Source: Octopus vulgaris (taxonomy: Eukaryota). Taken from it: DNA of 64,000 nucleotides. Every line of letters begins with the position of its first letter. Position 1 is the first letter of the stretch. The notes under the pieces were generated by a model. That model did not search any database, was not told where the DNA came from, and saw only the letters and a list, made by a program, of their open reading frames with translations. The position numbers and the translations under genes were made by a program. The stretch covers positions 88,102,001 to 88,166,000 of the forward strand of contig OX597825.1 of NCBI GenBank assembly GCA_951406725.2. Direction: 5' to 3'. Positions 51,475-64,000 of this stretch are shown here, piece by piece.

Positions 51475-53370
51475 TGTGTGTGTATGTGTGTGTGTGTGTG
51501 TGATGAAACACAAAATAGACGAAGCTATTAATTATCAGTGTGGAAATTATTCAGTGGAAAATATCTTTGTATAGGATAAGACGAAGATTGATGTGTACGG
51601 TGGAGTGCTTTAAACTGAGCAGTAAATAATTATTGTGGGGGGGGATAATGCTTTGACTTAAAATTTCGCTTATTTGACTCATCAGTATGTTGGAATCAGC
51701 AGAGAGGTGAACCGTGATGCCTCTAAGTAACTGATATTTGCAATTGATGTGTGTATATTTATATATGTCTGTATGTCTTCGTATTATTCTACATGTATAT
51801 GTTATGCTATTATGTTAAATATTTTCTGTATATAACGGGGGAAAATTCTGTAAACCGTATATTTCAAATAACTTTAGCAAGGATTCTTATATTTCTCCGT
51901 GATGTTAAATTGGCGAAAATTCAACCTATTAAAATCCTGCGTTTCGTGTATTCAACAATATCCCCCTCAGACTTTCTTTTAGTCACATTTTAAGCATTCT
52001 ATGACATAGTAAGTGGTTAAAATTGCGGAAATGTGAAGAGAAAACATCGAATGAGTGTTGCTAGCCACGTAAATAACAATGGTTTCGGTATGGAACATTT
52101 ACTGAACTCCCATTTTTTATAGAGACAGTTAGAATAGTGAAATATCGCATTTGCCGCGCAAAGAATAACGGAATAATTTCTGATATTCTCAGACGTATTA
52201 CTAAGTTCTATTACGCAGAAAAACAATGCCAAAAGCGATATAAAATATCCATTACCATGATTCACATGAATTAGAAATTGAATATAATATAAAACAAGAT
52301 ATATTGAAGGAACATATATTAAACATTTTTTTTTTTTTATTAGAGCAAGTATATGTTCCCGAATTTTAATTCTATATTTAATGTATTTGTATTAATAACT
52401 TTAGATCTAATTCAAAGTACTATTCTTCATCTAGTGATTTAACACTTCTAATGGGAACTAGACATACGCTGTTGACAGATATATTGAAGTACCTATTCTG
52501 TTCAAAATCTCATTAAAGTGAAACTCATTGTTACTCTTTAAAAGCATTGTGTTAGCACTGAAGGTGTTTCTAATAAACACTTCACTCTTGGCTATCTTAT
52601 TACTTCTCTCTCTCTCGCACACACACACATACACACACACCAAAAATATATATATAGATATGTATGTATATGCTTATGTGTGGTTGCGTTTTTATTTATT
52701 TAAATCTTCCTGTATATTTTATCCTTTCCTGTATTTTCCTGTATCTAAGCTTCTTACAATTAACTATATCCATTAAGTATTTTGAAAGAATAATGTTTCA
52801 TATTTTATAACCCCACATATTTCTCCCTCTCTTGCTCTCTTTTTCCATCCCTCACTTCCTCTCCCCCTCTCTCTCTCTTTATACTTACCACATTTATAAT
52901 ACTTATCCCTTTTGGTCTCTCTTTCGATCTATATATACTTAAAATCTTTGCCACACTTTTTTCATCTCTCGTATGCGTGTGGGCTTGAGTTTCTTTCAGT
53001 TTCTAAAGTATCACCATTATGAAACCGTATATTCTTCCGTCATTCTATGACTGTCTAAAAATATAAATGCACCATCCTCGTTTTGCGAATATCCATACAA
53101 GGTTTTTTTACTAAGTTGATATTTCAGGAATTTACCCAATGCGTATAGGGTCTCTGCTCACCTCTACACCACTCTCTCTCTCTCTCTCTCACTTCATACG
53201 TATCTCATTTTGCACTTCCAACACTTGCAGTAGCATCAGGTAGGATTAGTTCAGGGGTAGATATAATTTCATTCATATAGCCTCGAAATATTTATATTCT
53301 GGCATGGACACAACAGTAAACGAGTGCGTGCACCCACACCAATGCATCTCTATGTATAAACACACACATG

Positions 53371-53454
<84 letters not shown>

Positions 53455-54329
53455 CATACATATATATAATATACACAAGATAAAACAAACATTATTAAAG
53501 AGAGATTAAAACTAATTGAATTATTCATTGTAGATAATAAAAGATATATTTTTTCTAGTAATAATGTTAGAGTTGGATATTCTACTACTACTAATGTTGG
53601 TAACATTATTTCATCTTTTAATAGTTTTAAGCCGAATAAATTTTATATAAAAAATTATATAAGAATTCCGATAATACTAATGACTAGAATTTAATTAATT
53701 GTAGGTGTAGAGATAAGACGAAATGTAAAGTGAAAAATAAATGCTAACTTAGCTGATGTTGTATATAAATACGTAGTGACTCTGATCTATGATAATATTA
53801 ATAGGAATAGTTATAATATAAATGCGATTTACGTGGGATCGACGTCTAATACAATTAAGTTAAGGGTGGCTCAACACATGCACTGATTTAAGAATAAAAC
53901 ATTGATTAATTATACTGGCCTTAGCAAATAAATAATATAATTTAAAATGGGGAGATGGTTTGTAAAGTTAAATCTTATAAAATAGGTAAAAAGTTTTGCT
54001 TACTATGTACAAATGAATTTCTGGATATATTACGATCTAAAAAAATTAATTACCAAGATGCGAGGAAAATTAAATGTAGACATAAGTCGAATTACATATA
54101 TAATAAGTTTAGATAATTTAGGAATATATATACATACATATATATATATATATAACCTGATTTGTGTTATTAATTTATTAATTTATGCAAATATAGTATA
54201 TAGTATTATAATAGGTATAAATTAGTTGTAGGTTCTGTATTGTATGAACATAACCTGAATAAGTTTAAACGAAGGGATTAATAATGTAATTGAAGAATAT
54301 ATATAAATTTATGGACATTTAATTAATTT

Positions 54330-54939
54330 TACATTCTTGCATATAATGTCGTTGATTTAAATTATTGTGAATTTAGAGTTTTTCCCCGTAAATGGTATAT
54401 TACGTCAGGTTTTTTCCTTATTTTTATTTTTCTCGTTAAATACCTATTTCTGTTTATTTATTTATTTCTTGTAGCTTTATTGCTTACGTCGTGTTTTACG
54501 AGATAGTTTTTTACAATGCTAGATTGTAAGCTTAAAGTTTAAAATGTCTTTTAACTGGTTTTCATTAATAAGATAAGTCATGTTTTTTCTTTACATTAAT
54601 ATTGTTAAATCGTATTGAATTATTTACAGTTAATATACATATATTTATATATTTGCTTCATTATAATATCTAAATTTATTTATGTTATTTTTTCGACCTG
54701 AAGAGTGGCTAAATATTTTTAATATGACTTAATATTGAATTTTAGATTTTTGAAAAATTAAATTTTAATATTATCGATTTATATATTTAGTCACGAAATG
54801 CGCTTAGTCAGTTTGATGTTTGATTTGTTATGAGATTTTTAGAATAATAATTATACGATATTTAATTAATTTCTATGTGGTTAGTATAGATAATATCTTT
54901 TCACTATTGATTGAATAACTAAATAGCGGTTTGTCTCTA
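54330..54939 (+). mobile_element. AT-rich Penelope-pLTR-like element ending at (TA)n
   Basis: Contains the hammerhead at 54695; the 5' boundary is uncertain and may extend to about 53480. Confidence 0.55.
54695..54809 (+). ncRNA. Type I hammerhead ribozyme motif with extended stem II
   Basis: GAC-CUGAAGA-GUGGCUAAAUAU...AUAUUUAGUCAC-GAAA-UGCGCU-UA-GUC: 12-bp stem II base with G10.1-C11.1, stem I GAC/GUC, near-palindromic stem III. Confidence 0.85.
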
Positions 54940-54972
<33 letters not shown>

Positions 54973-55011
54973 TAGTATATATAAACATATGTATGCATAA
55001 ATATGCTTATA

Positions 55012-55069
<58 letters not shown>

Positions 55070-56799
55070 TACATATGTGGATGAAACCTAGTGGCTGGCT
55101 TGGAGATGTTCGCTCGTCAAATTATAACGAAAAACTTGATGTTGGACCTACGACACCATGCAAAGATTTGAAGATTATATTTCTACACACACACACTCAC
55201 ACGCCTATATAGATGTGTGCACTAAAAGGCAATTTTACACACATATAATCTAAAGCACATTACGTGTTTTGCACGAGGTAACGATTATCGGAAGTCACTT
55301 GATTTTCTGTTACAAAATCATCTAAACATTAATGTCGCATTTTAGAAAATTAAATCCATAATTTCTTATTTGAAATTTATAATTTGCAAAGGAACCATAA
55401 TCTGCTGAACGTTAAAGTAAATTAATTTTGTTTCCCACAATAGTTATGGGGAAAATAACTAATAAGCCTTATAAAATTTGTAATCTAAACATTCTGCATG
55501 TTTACGAAAGTTTTCAGCGACGCCTATTGCCAAACTTCACTTCGGAATTCACTCATCCTGTTCTGAGGATTGTCGCTGTTAATTAGTTTTTTAATTTCGA
55601 GACGTGCGGAAATACACAACCATTGATTTCTTTTCAAGTGATTGCTAACAAACGCCATCAAAAATAGATCAATATTGCTACTTGTTCGTTATTATTTTAT
55701 TCGCCCCAAACGTGAATTACATTTGATTACACAGAGCAACAGTGACAAAATCTTGTTGCATGGATCTATTCTCTGAACGCCTATAACATTCCTTATTCAT
55801 TATAAACCTATATCAATCATTTTAGTTAGGAACTTATATGCGTGAGACTGTCTTTCGCATATCAACTATGATTTTTGTTTATAATTATTGAATTCCAGTA
55901 ATAAGATCTATTTCTTGAAACTCGGAATTCATTAAATAATTCATCTGATGGGATACATAATTATTTTTTAGAATGCAATAATTAAATTCATTTAGTTTCG
56001 GGAATTAACGCTAATGAAATCCATTCTGGAAACATTTATATGATTAAGGTGTGGAATATCTTAGCGACAAACTGTATAAATGATTAATTTTTAAAATCCG
56101 ATAAATATTCTGTTCATAGATAGAAATGATTGAAACCATCCATTGTTCTCTTTTCCAGAGGATTCTACATTTATCAAATTAAACTTCAAGATTTTGACAG
56201 TAAATAATTTATTCTTTCTAAATAATGTCATAAACTTGTGTTTGTCTCTGCAAGTATGATGGAAACATTTATTGAGCCTGGAGTATGGAATAATTTATAA
56301 AAGAATCAAAAATAGTGTATTTTGATAAAAGTTATCTTGTCAATAATTAATAATATAATGACAATTCATTTTCTCCAAATGATAGGTAGACACTTGAAAT
56401 ATTGAATAAAACTTTATGTGAAACCTTATATGTTATCAGATACCGAAAGCGTTATATATCAGTAGCAATAAATCAAACATCATTAAAGTAATTTAATAAA
56501 ATCCTGTTTCTGTGAATACATACGCATACATATATACATACATAGGCTTGCACACAAACATACACAAACGTGTATATATATATATATATATATATACATA
56601 CATATATACACAAACACACACATATATGCATGCATACAAATATGCAAGCATATGTATGTACATACACGCACGTGTGTATGTGTGTGCGTGAGTGTGTGAA
56701 TGCACAACACCATATGCTGTCCAAGTTAATTTCTTCTGATATATTCTCTATTTACATAATTGGTTACAATATCCCGATCTCGAGGAGGTAGCTGATGCT

Positions 56800-57600
56800 G
56801 ACGCTTTCGCTATGGAGGTCTACGAAATTATAGTCTTCAGAAGAGAACGTATCTTCAGGCAATAGTTCAAAAACGTGGGCCAACTCTTTCGATTTACAAA
56901 CGGAATCCTGATCTGAAAAGAATGAACTTACCGAGAAAACTTCCTTCTCTCAATCGAACCGAAAATTGTAGCAAAACGTTTTGCAACTTATCAAAATCTC
57001 CTCTATCTAAACGCGAGACATTTCGTCTGTCTTGGAGACGAAACGTATAAATTCAATTGTTTCTTCTTAGCCATCCATTTGTAGAAAAATTTTGCGAGTG
57101 TGGAATTTGCATGCCCGAGTGACTTCGTTTTGACGTACATTTGTGGTCACAATCAAAGAATCCGAGATGGCAGAACTGCCACCATCTCTCTTGGGGCCGA
57201 CTAATCGCCCTACTTTTCGGTCGCCCGAAGAACACAGCAAGACTCTGTGCTCGCTTCAATGCAATTACGCAATGTGTGTTATTTGTTGGTGTTGAGTGTG
57301 AAAGCATGGATGTTTTGCAAGCACTCAGGTGGAGTTTATATTGCTTCGTTGAAACTCTCCAGACTGAGCTCCTCTATGAAGTGCTGTATTGTAAAAACTC
57401 TTAAAGAATAAGTCAATATTTTTGGTTAATTTATTTACGATATCCAGAAAATCTGTGAAGTTTTTAATGAATGGCGAGACCTTTCAGACAAAATCAATAA
57501 ATGCGAAACCGTAGCCTTCAATCAATGTAAACCTGAAGTATTGCGACACGAACCACCGCGTGCGTAAATAGGGCAAATTGGCTATTATAATGAAGTCCGT
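56800..57600 (+). pseudogene. Possible decayed piggyBac-like transposase
   Basis: Ordered weak fragments IVQKRGPT, FLLSIE, HLWSQ, ARFN, CFVETLQ and ETVAFNQ resemble piggyBac motifs; many disruptions. Confidence 0.3.
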
Positions 57601-59726
57601 GTGTGTGGGCATTGCGATTTCTGATGGCACCAGATCAGACACTGAGTGAGGTCGCGGTAAGATCTTTGCTGAGGTAGTATTGGGGAAAATCACTTATCGG
57701 TTGTAGGTGTGACGGAACAGAGATTCGTCAAGGAAATGTAGCAGTAAGAGGCACCAGTCTGTTGTGTCCTGCTGAATCCTTCCTAATGTATCATTCAGCA
57801 CAGCCAAAGGATAATATGCCTCCAGTTGTGCTAGCTACCATTTTTAAGGAACATGTATAAGGAGAATATATCTCTAGCGAGGAGGTCCTGCAGCATTGGT
57901 ACATTCTGCAGTTGGGCAGGGTGGGGCATGCGGTCTTTATCGACACTAAGATACCCAACTCTATGAAGAAGTCAACTAAGAGAACTCACGACGTTTCGTA
58001 ATGACATCAGTCGACAGCTCAGTGAATGGGCGTTATTTTCTGTTCCCTGCTTTATACACATATGCGCGCGCACACATCTTAACAATGTGCCCGAAAAAAT
58101 GAATATTGAAATTAGTGAATGAAAAAGACATCCTGTCGTGAAGGCGGAAGAACTGAACCAAGTCTCATTCCATTCGTCTCTAAGTGTTCTTCATTTTAGA
58201 AAACACTACTTTGTCACATGATTGGATCTTTGTGTAATATCATTTCTGATGCAACTTTGCGACTGCTTTTTACTTCTCCTTGTATATTAGTCTATAGCAG
58301 TCTCACCTTTTCACCCCTTTTTTTCAATGTCTAATGTTGTCACTATATCTCGGAGAATGTTGGTGATCTCACCGAATGCCATATATTAATCGCATTTTGC
58401 TTTACTGGGTGTATAGCGTTAACCTCTGTATGCTATGCTAATGCATTAGACGAGGAGAAAGAAAGGGAGACAGATGCATAAAAATGTACAGAACGTTTTA
58501 AATAAAATGTAAATGCTAACAGCTAGAATCTAAATCGATATAAAATTAGTACATGGCTTCATTGGTATAAATAAACTGAATATATGCTTGCAGGAACGCA
58601 GGTGGAAAGCTATAGCAGAAATTAGAACAGGAAGAGGTAAAAGCTAAGGAAGAGTGAGTGAAGGAGGATGGATGCATGTGTTGAGACCCTTTATGGCTTG
58701 GTGGGATCTGAGCCATAAGCGACCGTAGCTGATCAAAATAGATGGGGAAGTTAGCAATGAGCGCATATTGAAAGAGTGCAGAAAAAAATGGTTTCGATTC
58801 TCCCCACTCACCTCGAACCCGTCCGACCGTTGAGGAGTGTTTGCCAAACATCCAAATAAATACTTTCCCATCAACACCTGGTTCTCTATTATATTTATTA
58901 ACAAAATATAATTAAGGTGATAACGCATCAACATTCAATATACATTTTATTTTTGTTCTCACATTTTTCTCGCAGTAATGTTATAAACCCCAGTATCACA
59001 CTTACCCACACACACACGTTCTCTGACGCGAAGTTATTGAGATCTTCAGTTCAATCTAATTGTAATGTGTGATAGATTATTTTCAGCGTGCCTAACGGGG
59101 TTAACATTAATGATAACTTCCGCAAGCTTTAACCCAACAATTTACTTACGAGTTCTTAGTTTAGGCCGTCTTCACCTGGAAACCTCTAATTATAAGATTA
59201 TATCACTCTCCACAGTGTAGCTGCAAGCCGTTATCTACATGGATCGGATACATCCTAGCAAATCAACTAAATCTATTTTCTTGATTACATAACTATATTC
59301 ATGGTTGACAGGGGTGTATTTAATTTGGAAACGTCGAGATGTTAAAGCAAAATAATTGAGTGGTTTGTACAAAAGATCACTAAAGATTTCTGTAATGGAT
59401 TATCTTGCAATGATATGGAAAGGTAGGGTTAAAGAACAGAACTTCATAATTTAAACAATATATTATCTTAAAGATCGCACTAATGTATAGAGAAGAACTT
59501 TCGAAATAACAATAGATGAATTCATACTCATTTCCAGTGATGAATAAACATTTTGCATCTCAGGATATATACAAGAATAAAGTACAACCAAAAGCTGGAA
59601 TTTTACGGTCAGTCTGTCTCTCAGATGCTTAGTTCTTGGAATTATAATAAGCACAAGTAATTCTCTACAAATTTAGTATAATATACGAAGGCGACAAGCA
59701 TTCGAAGATTAAAATTAACATCACGT

Positions 59727-59945
59727 AAGGCGGCGAACTGGCAGAATCGTTCCTACACCAGGCGAAATGCTTAGTGGCATTTTCCACAGTCTGTCTTTAC
59801 TTTCTAGTTAAAATTATGTGCAGGTCGAATTCTGCTTTTCATCCTTTCGGGGTTGATGAATTAAGTACCAGTTTTCACTAGGGTCGATATGACCGACTTA
59901 CTACCTCCCCCAAAACTGCTGCACTTGGTCCAAAATTAGAAACCA
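59727..59945 (+). mobile_element. Meta-domain SINE (family B variant)
   Basis: AAGGCGGCGAACTGGCAGAATCGTT head and TTTCATCCTTTCGGGGTTGATGAATTAAGTACCAG. Confidence 0.8.
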
Positions 59946-61547
59946 ATTCTAGCCATATATGTTAATTACTTTGGTCTGACTGTGTACGACATCGAATATT
60001 TTTCTTGGTTACAATTTCTAGTTGATGTTTGGCCTCTCAATTAAACTTTCTCCCAACAGACTTGTATGATAAGGCGTTTCTGGTCAAGACATACCTTCGC
60101 ACATTCTCCAACTCGTATTTGCCTTTCTTTAATAAGCTGAGTAGATATTCAAGTGAATGTGGTCGAAAATTCTATCAGAAGGTTAGGTAGAGGTTATGTA
60201 TGTCTGCATGTATGTATGCAATCATGCATGCACGCATATACGTATGTATGCATGCATACATGTACGTCTGTATATATGTATGCATACATGTATGTATATA
60301 TGTAGGCACCTATATATGTATGTATGTGTGTATTTCTCTTCCATTTCTTAACTATTATAAATCTTTTACTGAGGATGGAGCCGGTTTCCGACAAAGATGC
60401 AAAGCTCCATCTTTGTGAATGTTGTTAATACTGACAAATTCACATTTGGAACGTGAGAAGGTCTTGCGCATTTGCACGCTTCCACCCACAGATTGCACTT
60501 ACAATGTACAAATCAGCCGGTCAATCTCTCTTCCTGAAAATCCCAGTTTATCCAGATTTTCCTTCATGTATGTATGTATGCATGTATGTACATAGGTATG
60601 CATGCATGCATGTATATATGCATACATGCACGCATACATGTATGTAAGCATGTATGTATGTAGGCTTGTACGCATGTATGTATGTATGCATTCATTCATG
60701 CATGCATGTATGTATGTACAAATGTATGTATGTATGTATGTGTGTATTAACTGAACCTCTTCCTGGCCACCTAAAACAGCGACAAGGAACATTACGGGAA
60801 AAGATTGTTCTTTCGAGATCGGAGCTAAAATGTTAAATGGAACATCAAAATAGTTTTTGGAATTTGATCAATCCTATCATTGATTCTGCCTAGGTACTAC
60901 ACACGCACATACACGCACGGCCACGCACGAACGCATACACACGCACACTCACACAGGCACATACGCACACCCCACTCGCGTATTTCCTAAAGCATTAATT
61001 ATTAACGGCAGCAGGGAGTGACAGAAAGGCAATTATAAAACGAGTAAGTATTATTTATCGAAACATGATATTATTAATTATAACACCAATAAAGGGTACT
61101 TGCAGCTGAGTATCTGTATCACCTCGGGTGACCTGCTTCAGCAGTAATCACTGTTAAGCGTTCATATTCAGGGATTGACATTTTCATGTGATTTAAGTCG
61201 TCAAAAATAGGAATAAAAAGAAAAAAAATGGCAGTTCATTATTCCTATTAGCGATTACTGTGAAATACATCACAACAGAGGCCAGAGCATCGACAGAGTA
61301 AGAAGCCATACTTAATATAAATAAGCAGGCTTGTTTATCATTATAATTATATGTTGATATGTGTTTAATAATTTCTATTGAAACCAAATATATTTGCATT
61401 AATTGGCAAATTAGAAAACACATGTTACAACACAGCAAAATCGGGCTTTAGTGAAGAAATAGCATATTCCATTAAAATTCAACGGCGGTTACACACACAC
61501 ACATGCAAACACACTTATATTTATACACGTATTATGTATATGTATAT

Positions 61548-61613
<66 letters not shown>

Positions 61614-62470
61614 GTATACATAGAAATTACTTCCATTCGCACACATCCATATAAATATGCGCGCGCGCGGTAAGTGTGTGTGTGTGTGTGTAATATGTGG
61701 GTTATTCTCGCAGGTGTAGCTGGAAGTTTGAATTTACACGGATTCGCAGAATTAACTAAAGGATGACTAAGCAAGAATTTTATATAATTAAGTTAATTAT
61801 ACCGCCTATAACGAATTTAATAATAATTTCCATGTACAACACTTGTTACAGAAATTACTGTTGATGGCAATTTATTAATTTTTGTAGATTATACCGCAGA
61901 GAAAGAGAAAAATATTTAAAAATGGTGAAAAGAAATGAAAGCGAATCGTTGATATTGGCACTAATATCGTGAAACTTCACCGAATTAAAGTCTGTAATTA
62001 TTAAGTTAAAAAGAAAATTGCTATCGCAGAATAATTGGGCGCGCATGTGTATGTGCGTGTATATGCATATATGTATGTATATATATATATGTGTGTGTAT
62101 TATTAGTTGTGTAAAATACAGATGGTAGATTTTATTTCGTATTAAGTAATTAGATAACCATGCACTTATTCATGTAAATGGATTTTGTTGGTAAAGTGAT
62201 CTCGAGAAAAGTGAAAGTAGATGGGAAAAGTCATAGGTGTAGAATAGAATGTATAATTTATAAAAGATGTGGAACACGAGTTATACATCCTATGCAGACG
62301 AAGACCAGTATTATCAAAGTGGTGTAAGCCCCCCCCCCTCGCTTATATATACGCTTTAGGTATTAGGAGAAAATATAAAAATGATTAATTTGATTATGGA
62401 TAACGTGAAGATCACACACATGCACGTGCACGCAAGCACAAGCAAAATATACATGTGTGTGTGTGTGTGT

Positions 62471-62720
62471 GATAATTACTCAGTAGCCATGATAAAATTG
62501 CGAGTTTCGGATGTCGGGGCGGAAACCCACGCCGGCATCTCTTCAGGAATCGGACCATACAAAAAACTGCTATGAAATTGACCGTTAAAACAAAGGGAAA
62601 TTACTGTGCGATTGACTGTTATTAAGTCAAAAGAGCTATTAGAATGACTGCTAAGTAAGGGGAGGGAGTAAAGGTAAGGGAGTAAAAATGTACATAGTAA
62701 TCGCGGAAGCGCGTGTGTCC
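62471..62720 (-). mobile_element. pLTR-like element with a hammerhead-like core (62504-62546)
   Basis: Minus strand CUGAAGA-GAUGCCGG...CCGACAUC-C-GAAAC; stems I and III do not close canonically in this copy. Confidence 0.5.
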
Positions 62721-62968
62721 ATGCATACACATGCGCGCCCCACACCCATGTACATGCGCCTATATCTATATACTCATCCACCTTCACAAAGTGTAAAAAC
62801 TAAGCAATAAGAGTACAACTTTTGCTCTCATTGCTTATTTTTTACATGTTTGCCTTTAGCCGTGTTTTTTTTTCTTGAGCATGTGCGTATATATATATAT
62901 ATATATATATATATGCATGTATAAATGTGTATATATATGCAAATAATGTATGTATATGTATATATATG

Positions 62969-63011
<43 letters not shown>

Positions 63012-63102
63012 TGTATAAATGACTTTTTCATTTCGTGGGAGTTATATATATATATATATATATATAACACCCACAGCCCTAACGGTATATCATTTTCGCC
63101 AA

Positions 63103-63354
63103 GGAAGGTGTGATCGTCGCACAATCTGATGCAGATTCTCTGCCTAACTTTCTCTATTATGGTCAATGCAACGATCACATGCTACACACCTTTCTTCCAA
63201 GCACTGATGTAAGCAGCAGAAGTAAGCTAGAACGTTACAACTTAGAGCATAACAGAGTTCAAGTTAACTCTATGCCAAGTGGCTTCACTCTCCATTCTTT
63301 AGCTTCGTTACTATAGCAACGTCCAACGTCTTGGTACTTATTGATCAGACCACG
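63103..63354 (-). mobile_element. Mariner 5'-end fragment, same family as 50504-51392
   Basis: Ends TACTTATTGATCAGACCACG-TA; minus strand encodes [10 protein letters not shown]. Confidence 0.8.
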
Positions 63355-63718
63355 TATATCTTTTTGTATCTCGATATAACTGTTGGATGGTTGGCTAATT
63401 TTTTTCTAGATACATTTTAAATTTTTTGAAGGGAAGTGAGAAGAGAGTTCAATAGCGATACGCAGTTAATATGTGCAGCGTGGGAGCCCATAGGAAGCTT
63501 GGCGGAAGGCAAATAAGGAAAATGTGTCACACACAGCAACAAATAGAGTGACTGAGAAAGTTTCAAGGATGCAGAAGAGAAGGAGAGGAACAAATGATTG
63601 TAGATAGGGAAGAAATTATGCAAATGAGGAATTTGTTTTTAATTTGAGGTAATAAATAGTGTTTTTCTTTTTGATATTTCACATGGTGGCAAATGTATAC
63701 GTCAAACGTAACTTTTCG

Positions 63719-63848
63719 TATGCCAGGTAAAACTTACATGCTTCCGGGTTCAGTGCCACTTTGGAGAAATATCTTCAAAAGTAGATCCTGGTTCACCAAA
63801 GTCTTCAGAGTGGATTCGGTAGATGGATTCTAAGAAGAAGCCCGTTGT
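63719..63848 (+). mobile_element. Diverged CORE-type SINE (family C) fragment
   Basis: CATGCTTCCGGGTTCAGTGCCAC...GAGTGGATTCGGTAGATGG...AAGAAGCCCGT followed by a TATG tract. Confidence 0.65.
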
Positions 63849-64000
63849 GTTTTTATGTATGTATGCATGTATGTATGTGTGTATGCATGTATGTACGAAA
63901 GTGTGGATATATACATGTGCGTATATATGTGTATATATATATATATGTGCATCTATGTATGTGTGTATGTATATATGCATACATGATATTCTCTTTGTCT

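Overview
AT-rich, microsatellite-dense eukaryotic DNA with no host protein-coding exon that I can support. The repeat families (tRNA-Arg-headed SINEs, CORE-type and Meta-domain SINEs, long (TA)n/(CA)n tracts) point to a coleoid cephalopod such as Octopus (inference). The window holds: (1) a near-intact 4.4 kb CR1-group LINE on the minus strand (22167-26526), whose ORF1 combines a Myb/SANT-like domain with a CCCH zinc-finger array and whose two ORFs are each broken by a single missing A; (2) LINE, mariner and possible piggyBac remnants; (3) about 17 SINE copies, several carrying a LINE-derived double-hairpin 3' tail; (4) about ten minimal type I hammerhead ribozyme motifs in short, microsatellite-embedded, Penelope-pLTR-like elements, plus about eight imperfect fold-back hairpins of 50-340 nt, two of which pair an antisense arm over the ribozyme core. 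The ribozyme-plus-rod elements are the best candidate for an undescribed retrozyme-like system. All alignments, counts and folds were done by eye.
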